Origin: an uncultured Clostridia bacterium
GTDB lineage: Bacteria; Bacillota; Clostridia; TANB77; CAG-508
Direction of reading: 5' to 3'
Assembly: GCA_947629355.1 (NCBI GenBank)
Contig: CANRDJ010000002.1
Location: 1 to 56,292, forward strand
DNA length: 56,292 nucleotides
A program made the position numbers and the translations under genes. Each line of letters begins with the position of its first letter. Positions within the stretch are counted from its first letter, which is position 1. The notes beneath the pieces are model-generated. The model saw only the letters and a list, made by a program, of their open reading frames with translations. It was not told the DNA's origin and made no database searches. Shown here piece by piece: positions 28,972 through 39,102 of the stretch.

Positions 28972-30171
28972 ATGTTAGAAATTATAATAAACAAAGAACC
29001 AGATAAAAAGAACATAATGTTAGTAGAAAATGGTGTATTAGTAGAAAAGCATGAAGAACATCATAATAGGCAAAGACTAGAAGGGAATATATATTGTGGC
29101 AAAGTACAAAACGTATTAGAGGGAATGCAGTCAGCCTTTATAGATATTGGAGAAAAAAGAAATACATTCATAAGATTAAAAGATTTATTACCAAAAGAAG
29201 ATGAATCAAAAAGCAATGGAAACTATAAACTTTCAAACTATAAGATAAATGAACTTGTAAAACCTGATATGAAAATACTAGTACAGGTAAAAAGGGATGG
29301 GACAGAAAAAAAGGGAGCAAGAGTTTCAACTCACATAAACTTACCGGGTAGATTTGTTGTTTTTATGCCTAATAGTAATTTTATAACAGTATCACAAAAA
29401 ATAGAAGATGAGAAGGAAAAAAGAAAGTTAATAGATATAGTAAAAACAGTATTACCAGAAGGTACTGGTGCAATAGTAAGAACCTCAAGTGAAGGAGTAA
29501 ATGAAGATCTTATAAAAAAAGATTTAGAAGAATTAATAAAAAAATGGAAAAACATAGAAAAACAATATGATGAACATAGATTAAATGGACCAAAACTAGT
29601 ATATGATAATAAAGCTTTACTTAGAAGGACATTGATAGATGTAGTTGATCGCAATTTAAATAGAGTTATAGTAAATGATTTAAATACATATAAAGATGTA
29701 AAAGAAATATTTAAAAGTATGGATATGCTAGATAATATAAAATTAGACTTAAAAGAAAACGAAGATTTATTAAACATGTATTCATTAAGGGAGCAATTAG
29801 AAAAAATAGAGAATAGAAAAATTTGGCTTAAATGTGGTGGATTTATAACAATAGATAAAACAGAAGCTCTTACTGCTATAGATGTAAATACTGGAAAATA
29901 TACTGGAAATAAAGATTTAGAACATACAGTATTTAAAGTAAATAAAGAGGCAACAATTGAAATTGCAAAACAGTTAAGACTAAGAGATGTTGGTGGAATA
30001 ATAATTATAGATTATATAGATATGCATGATGATGAAAATAAAAATGAAATTATAGAACTACTAACAAAAGAATTAAAAAAAGATAGAACAAAATCACAAA
30101 TATTAGGATTTACTAAGCTAAATTTATTAGAGATGACAAGAAAAAATATGTGTAATAACGACGATTTTTAA
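28972..30171 (+). CDS. rng: Rne/Rng-family ribonuclease (RNase G-like)
   Basis: 399 aa. S1-like N-terminus (GNIYCGKVQNVLEGMQSAFIDIG) and the catalytic region LTAIDVNTGKYTG. Confidence 0.8.
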   Translation: MLEIIINKEPDKKNIMLVENGVLVEKHEEHHNRQRLEGNIYCGKVQNVLEGMQSAFIDIGEKRNTFIRLKDLLPKEDESKSNGNYKLSNYKINELVKPDMKILVQVKRDGTEKKGARVSTHINLPGRFVVFMPNSNFITVSQKIEDEKEKRKLIDIVKTVLPEGTGAIVRTSSEGVNEDLIKKDLEELIKKWKNIEKQYDEHRLNGPKLVYDNKALLRRTLIDVVDRNLNRVIVNDLNTYKDVKEIFKSMDMLDNIKLDLKENEDLLNMYSLREQLEKIENRKIWLKCGGFITIDKTEALTAIDVNTGKYTGNKDLEHTVFKVNKEATIEIAKQLRLRDVGGIIIIDYIDMHDDENKNEIIELLTKELKKDRTKSQILGFTKLNLLEMTRKNMCNNDDF

Positions 30172-30175
30172 TAAT

Positions 30176-30210
30176 TTGGCAAAAAAGGGGACAGACCCCT
30201 TTTTTGCCAA
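30176..30210 (+). terminator. rho-independent terminator after rng
   Basis: TTGGCAAAAAAGGGG-acaga-CCCCTTTTTTGCCAA. Confidence 0.8.
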
Positions 30211-30260
30211 ATTATTGAATGAGCGTGAATGAGTATAAGAAAGAGGTAAAAAAGGTAAAA

Positions 30261-31588
30261 ATGAAAGTAGGATTCGTATCACTAGGATGTTCTAAAAACT
30301 TAATTGATACAGAAATGGCAATAGGATTATTTAAGAAAAATGATTTTAAAATAGTAAATGATGTAGAAGAAGCAGAAATTATAGTAATAAACACATGTGG
30401 ATTTATAGAACCGGCAAAGGAAGAAGCAATTAATACTATTTTAGAAATGGCAGAATATAAGAAAAAAGGAAAATGTAAATATTTAATAGTAATGGGATGT
30501 TTAGTTCAGAGATATAGTAAGGAGTTAGAAAATACTATTCCTGAAGTAGATTTATTTATATCTATTGATGAATATAAAGATTTTTGGAACAAAATTGATA
30601 AATTAATATATGTAAGCAATAATAAAAGTAAGAATATATGTACTGATTTAGATTATATGGATAGAGTTATAAGTACAGGAGACAAAACAGCATATTTAAA
30701 AATTGCAGAAGGGTGTAGTAATAGATGTACATATTGTGCTATACCTTACATAAGAGGACCTTATGTAAGTAGACCAATGGAAGATATATTAAAAGAAGCA
30801 AATAGATTAGGTAGTATGGGTATAAAAGAATTAATTATAATTGCTCAAGATACTACTAGGTATGGTGAAGATATATATGGCAAATCAATGCTTAGTGAAT
30901 TGTTAGATGAGCTATGTAAAATAGATACATTAAAATGGATTAGATTTTTATATGCTTATCCGGAATGTATAACAGATGAGTTAATTGAAACAGTACAAAG
31001 AAATGATAAGATATGCAATTATTTTGATATACCTGTGCAACATATATCAGATTCAGTTTTAAAAAGGATGAATAGAAAAAGTACAGGTAAACAAATAGAA
31101 GACTTAATTATAAAAATAAAAAAAGAAATTCCAGATGTAGTTTTAAGAACATCATTAATTGTAGGATTTCCTGGCGAAACAGAAGAAGATTTTAACAAAC
31201 TATGTAATTTTGTAAAGAAAGGATACTTTGAAAAACTTGGAGTTTTTATATATTCAAAGGAAGATGGAACTCCAGCATCAAGATTGAAAGAACAAGTACA
31301 TCATAATACAAAAAAGAGTAGATATAATCATATAATGAGTATAGCAAGGCAAATATCTAATAAAAATCTTAAATCATATATTGGAAATACATATGATGTA
31401 TTAATAGAAAATATAACATTTGATAATAAATTTTATATAGGAAGAAGCTATATGGATATACCAGAAACAGATGGGACAGTAATAATTAAAAATACAAAGA
31501 ATAAACTGCTTCGGTAAATTTATAAAATGCAAAATATTACGGAGTAGAAAATTATGATTTAATAGGAGAGATATGCAATGAACAATAA
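30261..31588 (+). CDS. rimO: ribosomal protein S12 methylthiotransferase RimO; needs two +1 shifts at CGG codons near the 3' end
   Basis: MKVGFVSLGCSKN start (the track ORF begins further upstream at 30219) and radical-SAM CSNRCTYC. After the track stop at 31517 the TRAM-domain end is restored as ..NKLL-G-KFIKCKIL-G-VENYDLIGEICNEQ*. Confidence 0.85.
31512..31514 (+). other. rimO: in-frame CGG +1 recoding site (CTT CGG T)
   Basis: The zero frame reads CGG TAA, an immediate stop. The +1 frame reads GGT AAA TTT... Confidence 0.7.
31540..31542 (+). other. rimO: in-frame CGG +1 recoding site (TTA CGG A)
   Basis: It is in phase with the frame created by the 31512 shift. The +1 frame gives G-VENYDLIGE, the typical RimO C-terminus. 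Confidence 0.7.
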
Positions 31589-32045
31589 TTTTTTTGATTC
31601 CATTAAAATAACAGAAGAGGATAAGAAAAAAGCAATGATGAATATATTACAAATAGTAAGTAATTCTGTATATCTTTTATCACTTAAAGAAGTAATACAA
31701 TATGATAACACATTAACATCTAGGCTAACCGAAGATGAAATTCTAGCGATGTATAGTTTAGCTAGAGAAGTAAAAATATCTAGGTTGGCTTCTAAACAAA
31801 ATGAAGAGTTGTATCAATATTTAAATGATGAAAAAATATTAGAATTTATAAAAGTAGCGGTGGAAGACATGCAAGATACAAGAAAAACACCAAATGCAAA
31901 ATGGAGTTTGTCTGTAAATAAAATTTTGTCTAGATTAGAAAGCAAAGGAAAAGATTCTAGCGGAGAAGTTTTAATAATGAAAAAATCTGAGAAAAAAAAC
32001 GAAGATAGCAATATTATAGATATTAGTGAATACTTAGATAAGTAA
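31578..32045 (+). CDS. hypothetical protein
   Basis: 155-aa ORF with RBS ggagag. No recognisable family. The start overlaps the recoded rimO end by 11 nt. Confidence 0.45.
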   Translation: MNNNFFDSIKITEEDKKKAMMNILQIVSNSVYLLSLKEVIQYDNTLTSRLTEDEILAMYSLAREVKISRLASKQNEELYQYLNDEKILEFIKVAVEDMQDTRKTPNAKWSLSVNKILSRLESKGKDSSGEVLIMKKSEKKNEDSNIIDISEYLDK

Positions 32046-32110
32046 TAAAAAAATATAGCATAAAAAAGTACTATTATATTTTTTGTAAAATAAAAGGTGG
32101 AGGTGAATTT

Positions 32111-32530
32111 ATGAAAAACATATTAAAGAGTATGTCATTAGTATTAGTAATTTGTTTAATTTTAGTATCATTAACAGGATGTGGAAGCAACAAGTTAGTT
32201 GCAACAAAAACGACAGAGGATGATATGATGGGAAATTACAAAGAAAAAATTATAATGAAATTTAAAAATGATAAAGTTACTAATATCGAAATGAATATGG
32301 AATTTGATAAAGAAGAAACAGCATCATCAATGTATGCGATATTTAATTTGGGGACTTCATTATCGGAAGAAGCAACTTTAGAAGGAATAGAAGTTAAACA
32401 AGATGGTAAAAAGCTAGTAGTAAAAATGGATGCAAATGCATATTCAAAATTAAAAAATGTAGCAGATGAAAATATGACAAAAGATGCATTAAAAGCAGCT
32501 CTTGCAGAAGACGGATACACGGTTAAATAA
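32111..32530 (+). CDS. putative lipoprotein
   Basis: 139 aa. Signal peptide with lipobox LTGC. RBS aaaggtggaggtg. Confidence 0.6.
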   Translation: MKNILKSMSLVLVICLILVSLTGCGSNKLVATKTTEDDMMGNYKEKIIMKFKNDKVTNIEMNMEFDKEETASSMYAIFNLGTSLSEEATLEGIEVKQDGKKLVVKMDANAYSKLKNVADENMTKDALKAALAEDGYTVK

Positions 32531-32540
32531 AATTAATTAA

Positions 32541-32572
32541 AAAAACAGGCTCTTAAAAATGTCCTGTTTTTT
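32541..32572 (+). terminator. rho-independent terminator
   Basis: AAAAACAGG...CCTGTTTTT followed by T. Confidence 0.65.
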
Positions 32573-32669
32573 GTATTGTATATATAAATAGTATGTGATA
32601 AAATATAGTAATGTTAAATAAATATAGTAAAAAGTGAAATAATATAAAAATTCTAAGTGAGGTATTAAA

Positions 32670-34637
32670 ATGGAAGATAATATAAATATTAAAAGACACT
32701 TAAAATTACTAAGTAAACAATATAGTAATATAGAACAAGTTTCAGAAGAAATAATAAACCTTCAAGCTATACTTAATTTACCTAAAGGAACAGAGCTATT
32801 TTTAAGCGATATACACGGAGAATATGGATCATTTTCTCACATATTAAATAATGGTTCAGGAATAATAAAAAATAAAATTGAAGATATATTTAGTAATCAA
32901 ATTACAGAGCATGAGAGAAGTGCACTTGCAACATTAATATACTATCCAGAAGAGAAATTAGCACTCATAAAAAAAGAAGTAGATGATTTAAATGATTGGT
33001 ATAGTATAACATTATATAGATTAATAGAAGTAGCAAGGGAAGTAAGTTCAAAATACACAAGATCAAAAGTAAGAAAAGCAATGCCAAAAGGTTTTGACTA
33101 TATAATAGATGAATTGTTGCATCTTCAAGGTTGTGGACCAGATAAAGAGACTTATTATAAACAAATAATAAAATCAATAGTTGAATTAGATAGAGCAGAT
33201 GAATTTATAGTTGCAATATCAAATTTAATAAAAAGAATGGCAATAGATCACCTTCATGTATTGGGAGATATATTTGATCGTGGACCTAATGCAAAACTAG
33301 TAATGGATACATTAATGAAATTCCATAGTTTAGACATTGAACTTGGAAATCATGACATCTTATGGATGGGGGCTGCATGCGGAAATAGAGCATGTATAGC
33401 AAATGTAATAAGAATATGTAGTAGATATGATAATATAGATACTTTAGAAGAAGGATATGGAATAAACATTAGACCTCTTACAACATTTGCTTTAAATACA
33501 TATAGTAATGATGATTGTGAAAAATTTATGCCTAAAATTTTTGATTATAATAAATATATAAGAAGTGATGAAATATCTATAGCAAAACTACATAAAGCTA
33601 TATCAATAATTCAAATGAAATTAGAAGGACAAATGGTAATGAATCATCCAGAGTATGAAATGGAGGGAAGATTATTACTAGATAAAATAGACTACAAAGA
33701 AGGAACTGTTAGAATTGATAAAAAAACATATAAACTAAATGATACTAATTTTCCTACAATAGATCCAAAAGATCCATATAAGCTAACCAAAGAAGAGGAA
33801 GAAATAATATCAAGATTAGAAGAGTCATTTAAAAATAGTGAAACTCTAAATAAACATATAGCTTTTCTTTATTCAAAATCTTCTATATATAAATGTTTCA
33901 ATTCTAATTTACTATTTCATGGGTGTATACCAATGGAGAAAAATGGTAAATTTGCAAAAGTAGATATTTTGGGTAGAACATTATCTGGAAAAGACTACCT
34001 AGATTTTATAGATAAAATTATAAGAAAAGTATATTTTGAAAAAGATCAAACAGATAAAAATACTGATATAAATGATTTAATGTGGTACTTATGGTGTGGA
34101 CCAAAATCACCGTTATTTGGGAAAGAAAAAGCTGCAACATTTGAAAGATACTTTGTAGAAGATAAAGAAACACATAAAGAAAAGAAGAATCCATACTTCA
34201 CTTTAATTGAAAGTGAAGAAGTCTGTAATAACATTTTAAAAGAATTTGGATTACATGGAAAAAATTCTCATATAATTAATGGTCATATACCAGTAAAAGA
34301 AAAAGACGGAGAAAGTCCAATTAGGGCAAATGGTAAACTATTAGTAATAGATGGAGGATTTGCTAAAAGTTATAGATCACAAACTGGTAGAGCAGGATAT
34401 ACTTTAACATATAACTCTTATGGATTAATTCTTGCAGCAAATGAGCCATTTGATTCTAAAGCAGATGCAATTAGGGAAGAGATAGATATAAAATATGATA
34501 TAATGGTTAATGAAAAAGAAACAGAAAGAAAGAGTGTTGCAGATACAGATATAGGAAAAGAAATTCAGGAAGAAATAGATGACTTGAAGTTACTACTTAA
34601 AGCATATAGAGAAGGAAAAATAAAACAAGAAATTTAA
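32670..34637 (+). CDS. fbp: fructose-1,6-bisphosphatase class 3
   Basis: 655 aa. LSDIHGEYGSF, HVLGDIFDRGP and GNHDILWMGAA metallophosphatase motifs. The length is typical of Firmicute class 3 FBPase. Confidence 0.9.
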   Translation: MEDNINIKRHLKLLSKQYSNIEQVSEEIINLQAILNLPKGTELFLSDIHGEYGSFSHILNNGSGIIKNKIEDIFSNQITEHERSALATLIYYPEEKLALIKKEVDDLNDWYSITLYRLIEVAREVSSKYTRSKVRKAMPKGFDYIIDELLHLQGCGPDKETYYKQIIKSIVELDRADEFIVAISNLIKRMAIDHLHVLGDIFDRGPNAKLVMDTLMKFHSLDIELGNHDILWMGAACGNRACIANVIRICSRYDNIDTLEEGYGINIRPLTTFALNTYSNDDCEKFMPKIFDYNKYIRSDEISIAKLHKAISIIQMKLEGQMVMNHPEYEMEGRLLLDKIDYKEGTVRIDKKTYKLNDTNFPTIDPKDPYKLTKEEEEIISRLEESFKNSETLNKHIAFLYSKSSIYKCFNSNLLFHGCIPMEKNGKFAKVDILGRTLSGKDYLDFIDKIIRKVYFEKDQTDKNTDINDLMWYLWCGPKSPLFGKEKAATFERYFVEDKETHKEKKNPYFTLIESEEVCNNILKEFGLHGKNSHIINGHIPVKEKDGESPIRANGKLLVIDGGFAKSYRSQTGRAGYTLTYNSYGLILAANEPFDSKADAIREEIDIKYDIMVNEKETERKSVADTDIGKEIQEEIDDLKLLLKAYREGKIKQEI

Positions 34638-34640
34638 GAA

Positions 34641-34671
34641 AAGGATTTTGGGAATATTTCCCAAAATCCTT
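34641..34671 (+). terminator. terminator hairpin after fbp
   Basis: AAGGATTTTGGGA-atatt-TCCCAAAATCCTT. Confidence 0.55.
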
Positions 34672-34920
34672 AGATTATTTACAAGAATAGTTTACATAGA
34701 TAAAAACAGATAAACTCCCCAACAAATGAGGAAATAATTATTGTTCTGGAAATCTAGTTGGTTAAATATAATACAATAAATTTAAATAATCTAATATCAA
34801 CAAAGATACTGCTGTTAAGCAATTTGACATTATTATGTAAATATAGTACAATAAAATGTGAAAAAAACCTATGAAAAGTATAAAAAGTGTGTGAATTTTT
34901 GATAAAATAATGGGGGATAT

Positions 34921-37900
34921 ATGATGGAGAAATACATGGAAAATAACAAAAATCAAACTAGATTACTATATAAGGTTGCTATTTGTTTAGCCTTAATATT
35001 ATTAATATTTTTAGTAATGCAAGGTAAAATGCATAGTTCCGTAGTTATGGCAGCTAATGAAACAGAAATTACAAATATACAAGAAGAAAGATGTTATTTA
35101 TCTGATATAGCATATATGAAAGAACAATCATCTGTAGCAAGTGGACATTCAATTAAATTAGATAAAAATGATAGTGATAAAATATTAAATCTTAAAGTAA
35201 ATGGAAAATCTCAGGTATTTATAAAAGGAATATGTGCTTGGGCATCATCTCAAGTTGTATATGATTTAAGTAAATATAATTACGATTATTTTACTTCTTA
35301 CATAGGAATTGATTCAAGTGAACAAAGCAATTATTTTAATACAGGAGTAAAGTTTTATATTTATACATCTAATGATGCTACAAATTGGGAGAAAAAATTT
35401 GAGTCAGAAACAATGTATGGTTGGAGTGATGCCGAATCAGTTAAAATAAATGTTAAAGGTACAAAATATTTAAAATTAACTGCTGATAATAATAGTCCTA
35501 ACTGGTGGGCTGAGTGGTATGATGAAGCAATTTATGCTGATGCAAAACTAATAAAGGAAAATTATGAAGAAGATACTAGTAGTACAGTTGACTTTATCAA
35601 AACATTAGATGAATATGATGAAATTATAAAAAAACATGAAGGAGAAGAAATAAAAGGTGATTATGAGTTAGCCTTATTGCAAAGAGAGCTTGTAAAAAAT
35701 GCTGATTATAATACTTTACAAGCATTTGTAAGATGTGATAGTTCATATAAAGAAACAGTAAAATGGTTAATGACAGATTTAGATAATTTACGTCTTTATA
35801 TATTAGGAGGAGAACCAGACGGAAATTATGTATCATCTTTACAAGCTTTAACAAAACTATATACAAAACATAAAGAAGATTTAGATATTAAAGAAACAAC
35901 TAAACATGGTACAGTACTTGGAGATTTGTATAAGAAAATGATGATTACACTTTCTTTAACACACTCAGCACAAGTTGCACTATGGATGGATACAACAAGT
36001 CCCGAAAATCAATCAGATCCAGTTACACGTTATGAAATTTATAAAGATTTACATGCTAAAGGTAAATTTGTTGTTTCTTCAAGACAAGACCACACACCAT
36101 GGTTTGAAGATTTAAAAGTAGAAGAAATGCGTTATGTTTTAAACAATATTATAGATGATGAAGAGATTTTATGGCTAAATGAATATACACAAAAATATAT
36201 AGATCAAAATCCAAACAAAGAAGAAGAGTACTTACAGCCACATCATTATATGAAATATATATGGCCAGACTATAGTAGGCCAGAATATCATGATCTTGCA
36301 AAAAAAGATGAGTGGAATGAAAAATATGACTTTTTAAGATATGGAGTAACATACAGACCAGGAGTAGTAAAATTATGGATGAACATTGAGGGTGGAGCTG
36401 TTTGTGGAGGTATATCTAAAATAGGTTCAAATATACGTGGAGTTCATGGGACTCCATCATCCGTAATTAGCCAACCAGGTCATGCTGCACTTATTTACTA
36501 TAGAAAAGATAAAGACAATAATGGTTATTGGACTATAGATAATGATGTAAGTGGTTGGGCACAATCAGGTAAAACAGAAAAATTAAGTGTAAGAATGCCT
36601 CTAGGTTGGGGTAACGATAGTTATGTAGAAGGTTGGGCTGCTACTTATATTGTTTTGGCTCAAGAAGCATTAAATCACTATGAACAATATGAAGAATCTA
36701 CAAAAAATATATTACTAGCCAATTCCTATGAAGGTAATCCAACAAAACAAGAAGAATTATATAGAAAAGCAATAGAAATTCAACCATATAATATTGATGC
36801 ATGGTATGGATTAATAAAATTATATGAAGAAGATGAAACAAAAACAGAAAAAGATTATTATTACTTAGCAGAACAAATTGGTGCAAACTTGAAATGTTTC
36901 CCATTACCAATGTATAATTTAACAAACCTAATTAAGAATCACTTAACAAGTATAGAATATACATTTAAATTTACTTTATTACAAACTAGAATTTTAACTG
37001 AAGGAAGTAATCTAGATAAGGACAGTAAATTAGTTTATCAACCAAGTATAACAAGAACAGTGGCAACATACTTATTAGGAGAAATGGATAAAGAACTTGC
37101 AACATTTTCATTTGATGGAGAGGATGCAGGTAAAATAGTGTTGTCAAGTCGTTATGATAATTCAGGAATTCGTTGGGATTATACTTTAAATGGAAAATCA
37201 ACTAATAAAAAAGATTGGATTGAAGTTGACTATTCTGCCGATCAAGAACATAAACTAACTTTAACGCAAGAACAAATAAACAGCATTACAGCTGAAAATG
37301 ATATTTATGTTCATATTGTAGGAACAGGATACGAAGATGCCAATTTATATAAAATAGATATAACAGATCAGCAAAATCCAGAACTTTATGCTAATGACTT
37401 AGAAAACCGCGTAGTAGGTGTTGATTTGAATTCTGAATGGAGATATAAAGATAGTGAAGAATGGACTTCGTACCTTACAGCTTCTCCAGATTTAACAGGG
37501 AATAAAAGTGTAGAAATAAGACAACCAGCATCAAGTACAATGCTTGCAAGCAAACCTGTTACATATAACTTTACCCAAGATAATCAAGAAATCACAAGAA
37601 GATATGTACCAGTATCACATCTATCTATAGAAAAAGTATCTACAGAAGAACCAGGACACAATGGGGCTGCATCCAATGCTATCGATGGTAACTATAATAC
37701 AAGATATCACTCAAATTGGAATGGGCAAGACACAGAAAGATATATCGTCATAAAGGTTGATAAACCAATTTATTTATCAGCTGTTGAATTTGTTCCAGCT
37801 GGAGGAGGAAATGGTAAGATAGTTGATGGTACAATATATGGAAGTATGGACGGAGAAACTTGGGAGGAATTAGATAAAGAAGAAGGGTTAACTTATGATA

Positions 37901-39069
37901 AAAACGTAAATGATTATGATTTTGGTATAAATAACATTAAAACTTTCGAAATTGCAAATTCAAAAGAAATTCAATATATAAAAATTGTAGCTGATAAAAC
38001 AAACGGAAATTGGTTTGCTGCTAGAATGTTCAACATATATGAAGATTTAGAGAAAAATCCTCATATAACAGCAGGTATTGCATTTAGTACCATTAATAAA
38101 ACAAATCAAAATGTTGAAGCAAGACTTGTAAATCCAAGTGTAGATATTGAAATCACTAATAATGGTGGAAAAGATACTTTTGAATTTAAAGATAATGGAA
38201 CATTTACATTTGAATTTACAGATAAAGCAACTCATACAAAGAAAGGAACAGCTGAAGCAAGAGTTGATTGGATTGATAGAGAGGCTCCAACAGCTACTAT
38301 TAAATATAGTACGCAAAAGGCAACTTTTGATGAAGTAGTAGCAGAACTTATACCAAGTGAAGATGTAAGAGTAACAAATATAAATAACTTTGAATATAAC
38401 GAAGAAGAAGGTAGAAAGGTATATACGTATACATTTAAGAAAAATGGTACTTTTACATTTGAGTTTCAAGATATTGCAGGAAATACTGGTAAAGCAACAG
38501 CACAAGTTTACTGGATAAAATCAACAACAGGACATCCAGATCTAAATAATCCAAATTTACCAGAGGATCCAGGAATAGAAGATCCAACTCCACCAGATAA
38601 TCCAGAAATAGATAATCCAAATAAACCAGAAGACCCAGGAATAGAAGATCCAGGAACAACAGAAGAAATAAAATCTGATAAATATGTAATAAAAGATGGA
38701 TATATATCACAAATTGCTCCAAAAACATCATATAGTGAATTTTTACAAAATGTAAAAACAGATAAAGATATTTTTCTTATAGATAAAGAAGGAAAAACAA
38801 TAACACAAGAAAATACAAAACTTGTTACAGGTATGACAGTAAAAATAGGTTCTGAATCAGAATATGTTATTTTAATTACTGGAGATATAAATGAAGATGG
38901 AAGAGCAGATTTTCAAGATATTTTACAAATTAATAAGCATAGACTGAATAAGAAAAAATTAGATGGAATGAATTTGCTAGCTGGAGATGTAAATAAAGAT
39001 GGAAAAGTAGATTTTCAAGATATTTTACGAATTAACAAATATAGATTAGGAAAAACAGATAATTTATAA
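34921..39069 (+). CDS. large secreted multidomain protein: NPCBM-like module, central Cys/His putative catalytic region, F5/8 type C (discoidin) domain, Ig-like repeats, Pro-rich linker, C-terminal dockerin
   Basis: 1382 aa with a signal peptide. Discoidin-like AASNAIDGNYNTRYHSNW...VEFVPAGG. Repeated NGTFTFEF units. Dockerin duplicated segments GDINEDGRADFQDILQINKHRL and GDVNKDGKVDFQDILRINKYRL. Confidence 0.7.
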   Translation: MMEKYMENNKNQTRLLYKVAICLALILLIFLVMQGKMHSSVVMAANETEITNIQEERCYLSDIAYMKEQSSVASGHSIKLDKNDSDKILNLKVNGKSQVFIKGICAWASSQVVYDLSKYNYDYFTSYIGIDSSEQSNYFNTGVKFYIYTSNDATNWEKKFESETMYGWSDAESVKINVKGTKYLKLTADNNSPNWWAEWYDEAIYADAKLIKENYEEDTSSTVDFIKTLDEYDEIIKKHEGEEIKGDYELALLQRELVKNADYNTLQAFVRCDSSYKETVKWLMTDLDNLRLYILGGEPDGNYVSSLQALTKLYTKHKEDLDIKETTKHGTVLGDLYKKMMITLSLTHSAQVALWMDTTSPENQSDPVTRYEIYKDLHAKGKFVVSSRQDHTPWFEDLKVEEMRYVLNNIIDDEEILWLNEYTQKYIDQNPNKEEEYLQPHHYMKYIWPDYSRPEYHDLAKKDEWNEKYDFLRYGVTYRPGVVKLWMNIEGGAVCGGISKIGSNIRGVHGTPSSVISQPGHAALIYYRKDKDNNGYWTIDNDVSGWAQSGKTEKLSVRMPLGWGNDSYVEGWAATYIVLAQEALNHYEQYEESTKNILLANSYEGNPTKQEELYRKAIEIQPYNIDAWYGLIKLYEEDETKTEKDYYYLAEQIGANLKCFPLPMYNLTNLIKNHLTSIEYTFKFTLLQTRILTEGSNLDKDSKLVYQPSITRTVATYLLGEMDKELATFSFDGEDAGKIVLSSRYDNSGIRWDYTLNGKSTNKKDWIEVDYSADQEHKLTLTQEQINSITAENDIYVHIVGTGYEDANLYKIDITDQQNPELYANDLENRVVGVDLNSEWRYKDSEEWTSYLTASPDLTGNKSVEIRQPASSTMLASKPVTYNFTQDNQEITRRYVPVSHLSIEKVSTEEPGHNGAASNAIDGNYNTRYHSNWNGQDTERYIVIKVDKPIYLSAVEFVPAGGGNGKIVDGTIYGSMDGETWEELDKEEGLTYDKNVNDYDFGINNIKTFEIANSKEIQYIKIVADKTNGNWFAARMFNIYEDLEKNPHITAGIAFSTINKTNQNVEARLVNPSVDIEITNNGGKDTFEFKDNGTFTFEFTDKATHTKKGTAEARVDWIDREAPTATIKYSTQKATFDEVVAELIPSEDVRVTNINNFEYNEEEGRKVYTYTFKKNGTFTFEFQDIAGNTGKATAQVYWIKSTTGHPDLNNPNLPEDPGIEDPTPPDNPEIDNPNKPEDPGIEDPGTTEEIKSDKYVIKDGYISQIAPKTSYSEFLQNVKTDKDIFLIDKEGKTITQENTKLVTGMTVKIGSESEYVILITGDINEDGRADFQDILQINKHRLNKKKLDGMNLLAGDVNKDGKVDFQDILRINKYRLGKTDNL

Positions 39070-39102
39070 GGCAGATTAATAAAAATTTTAGGGGGTATAA
39101 TA

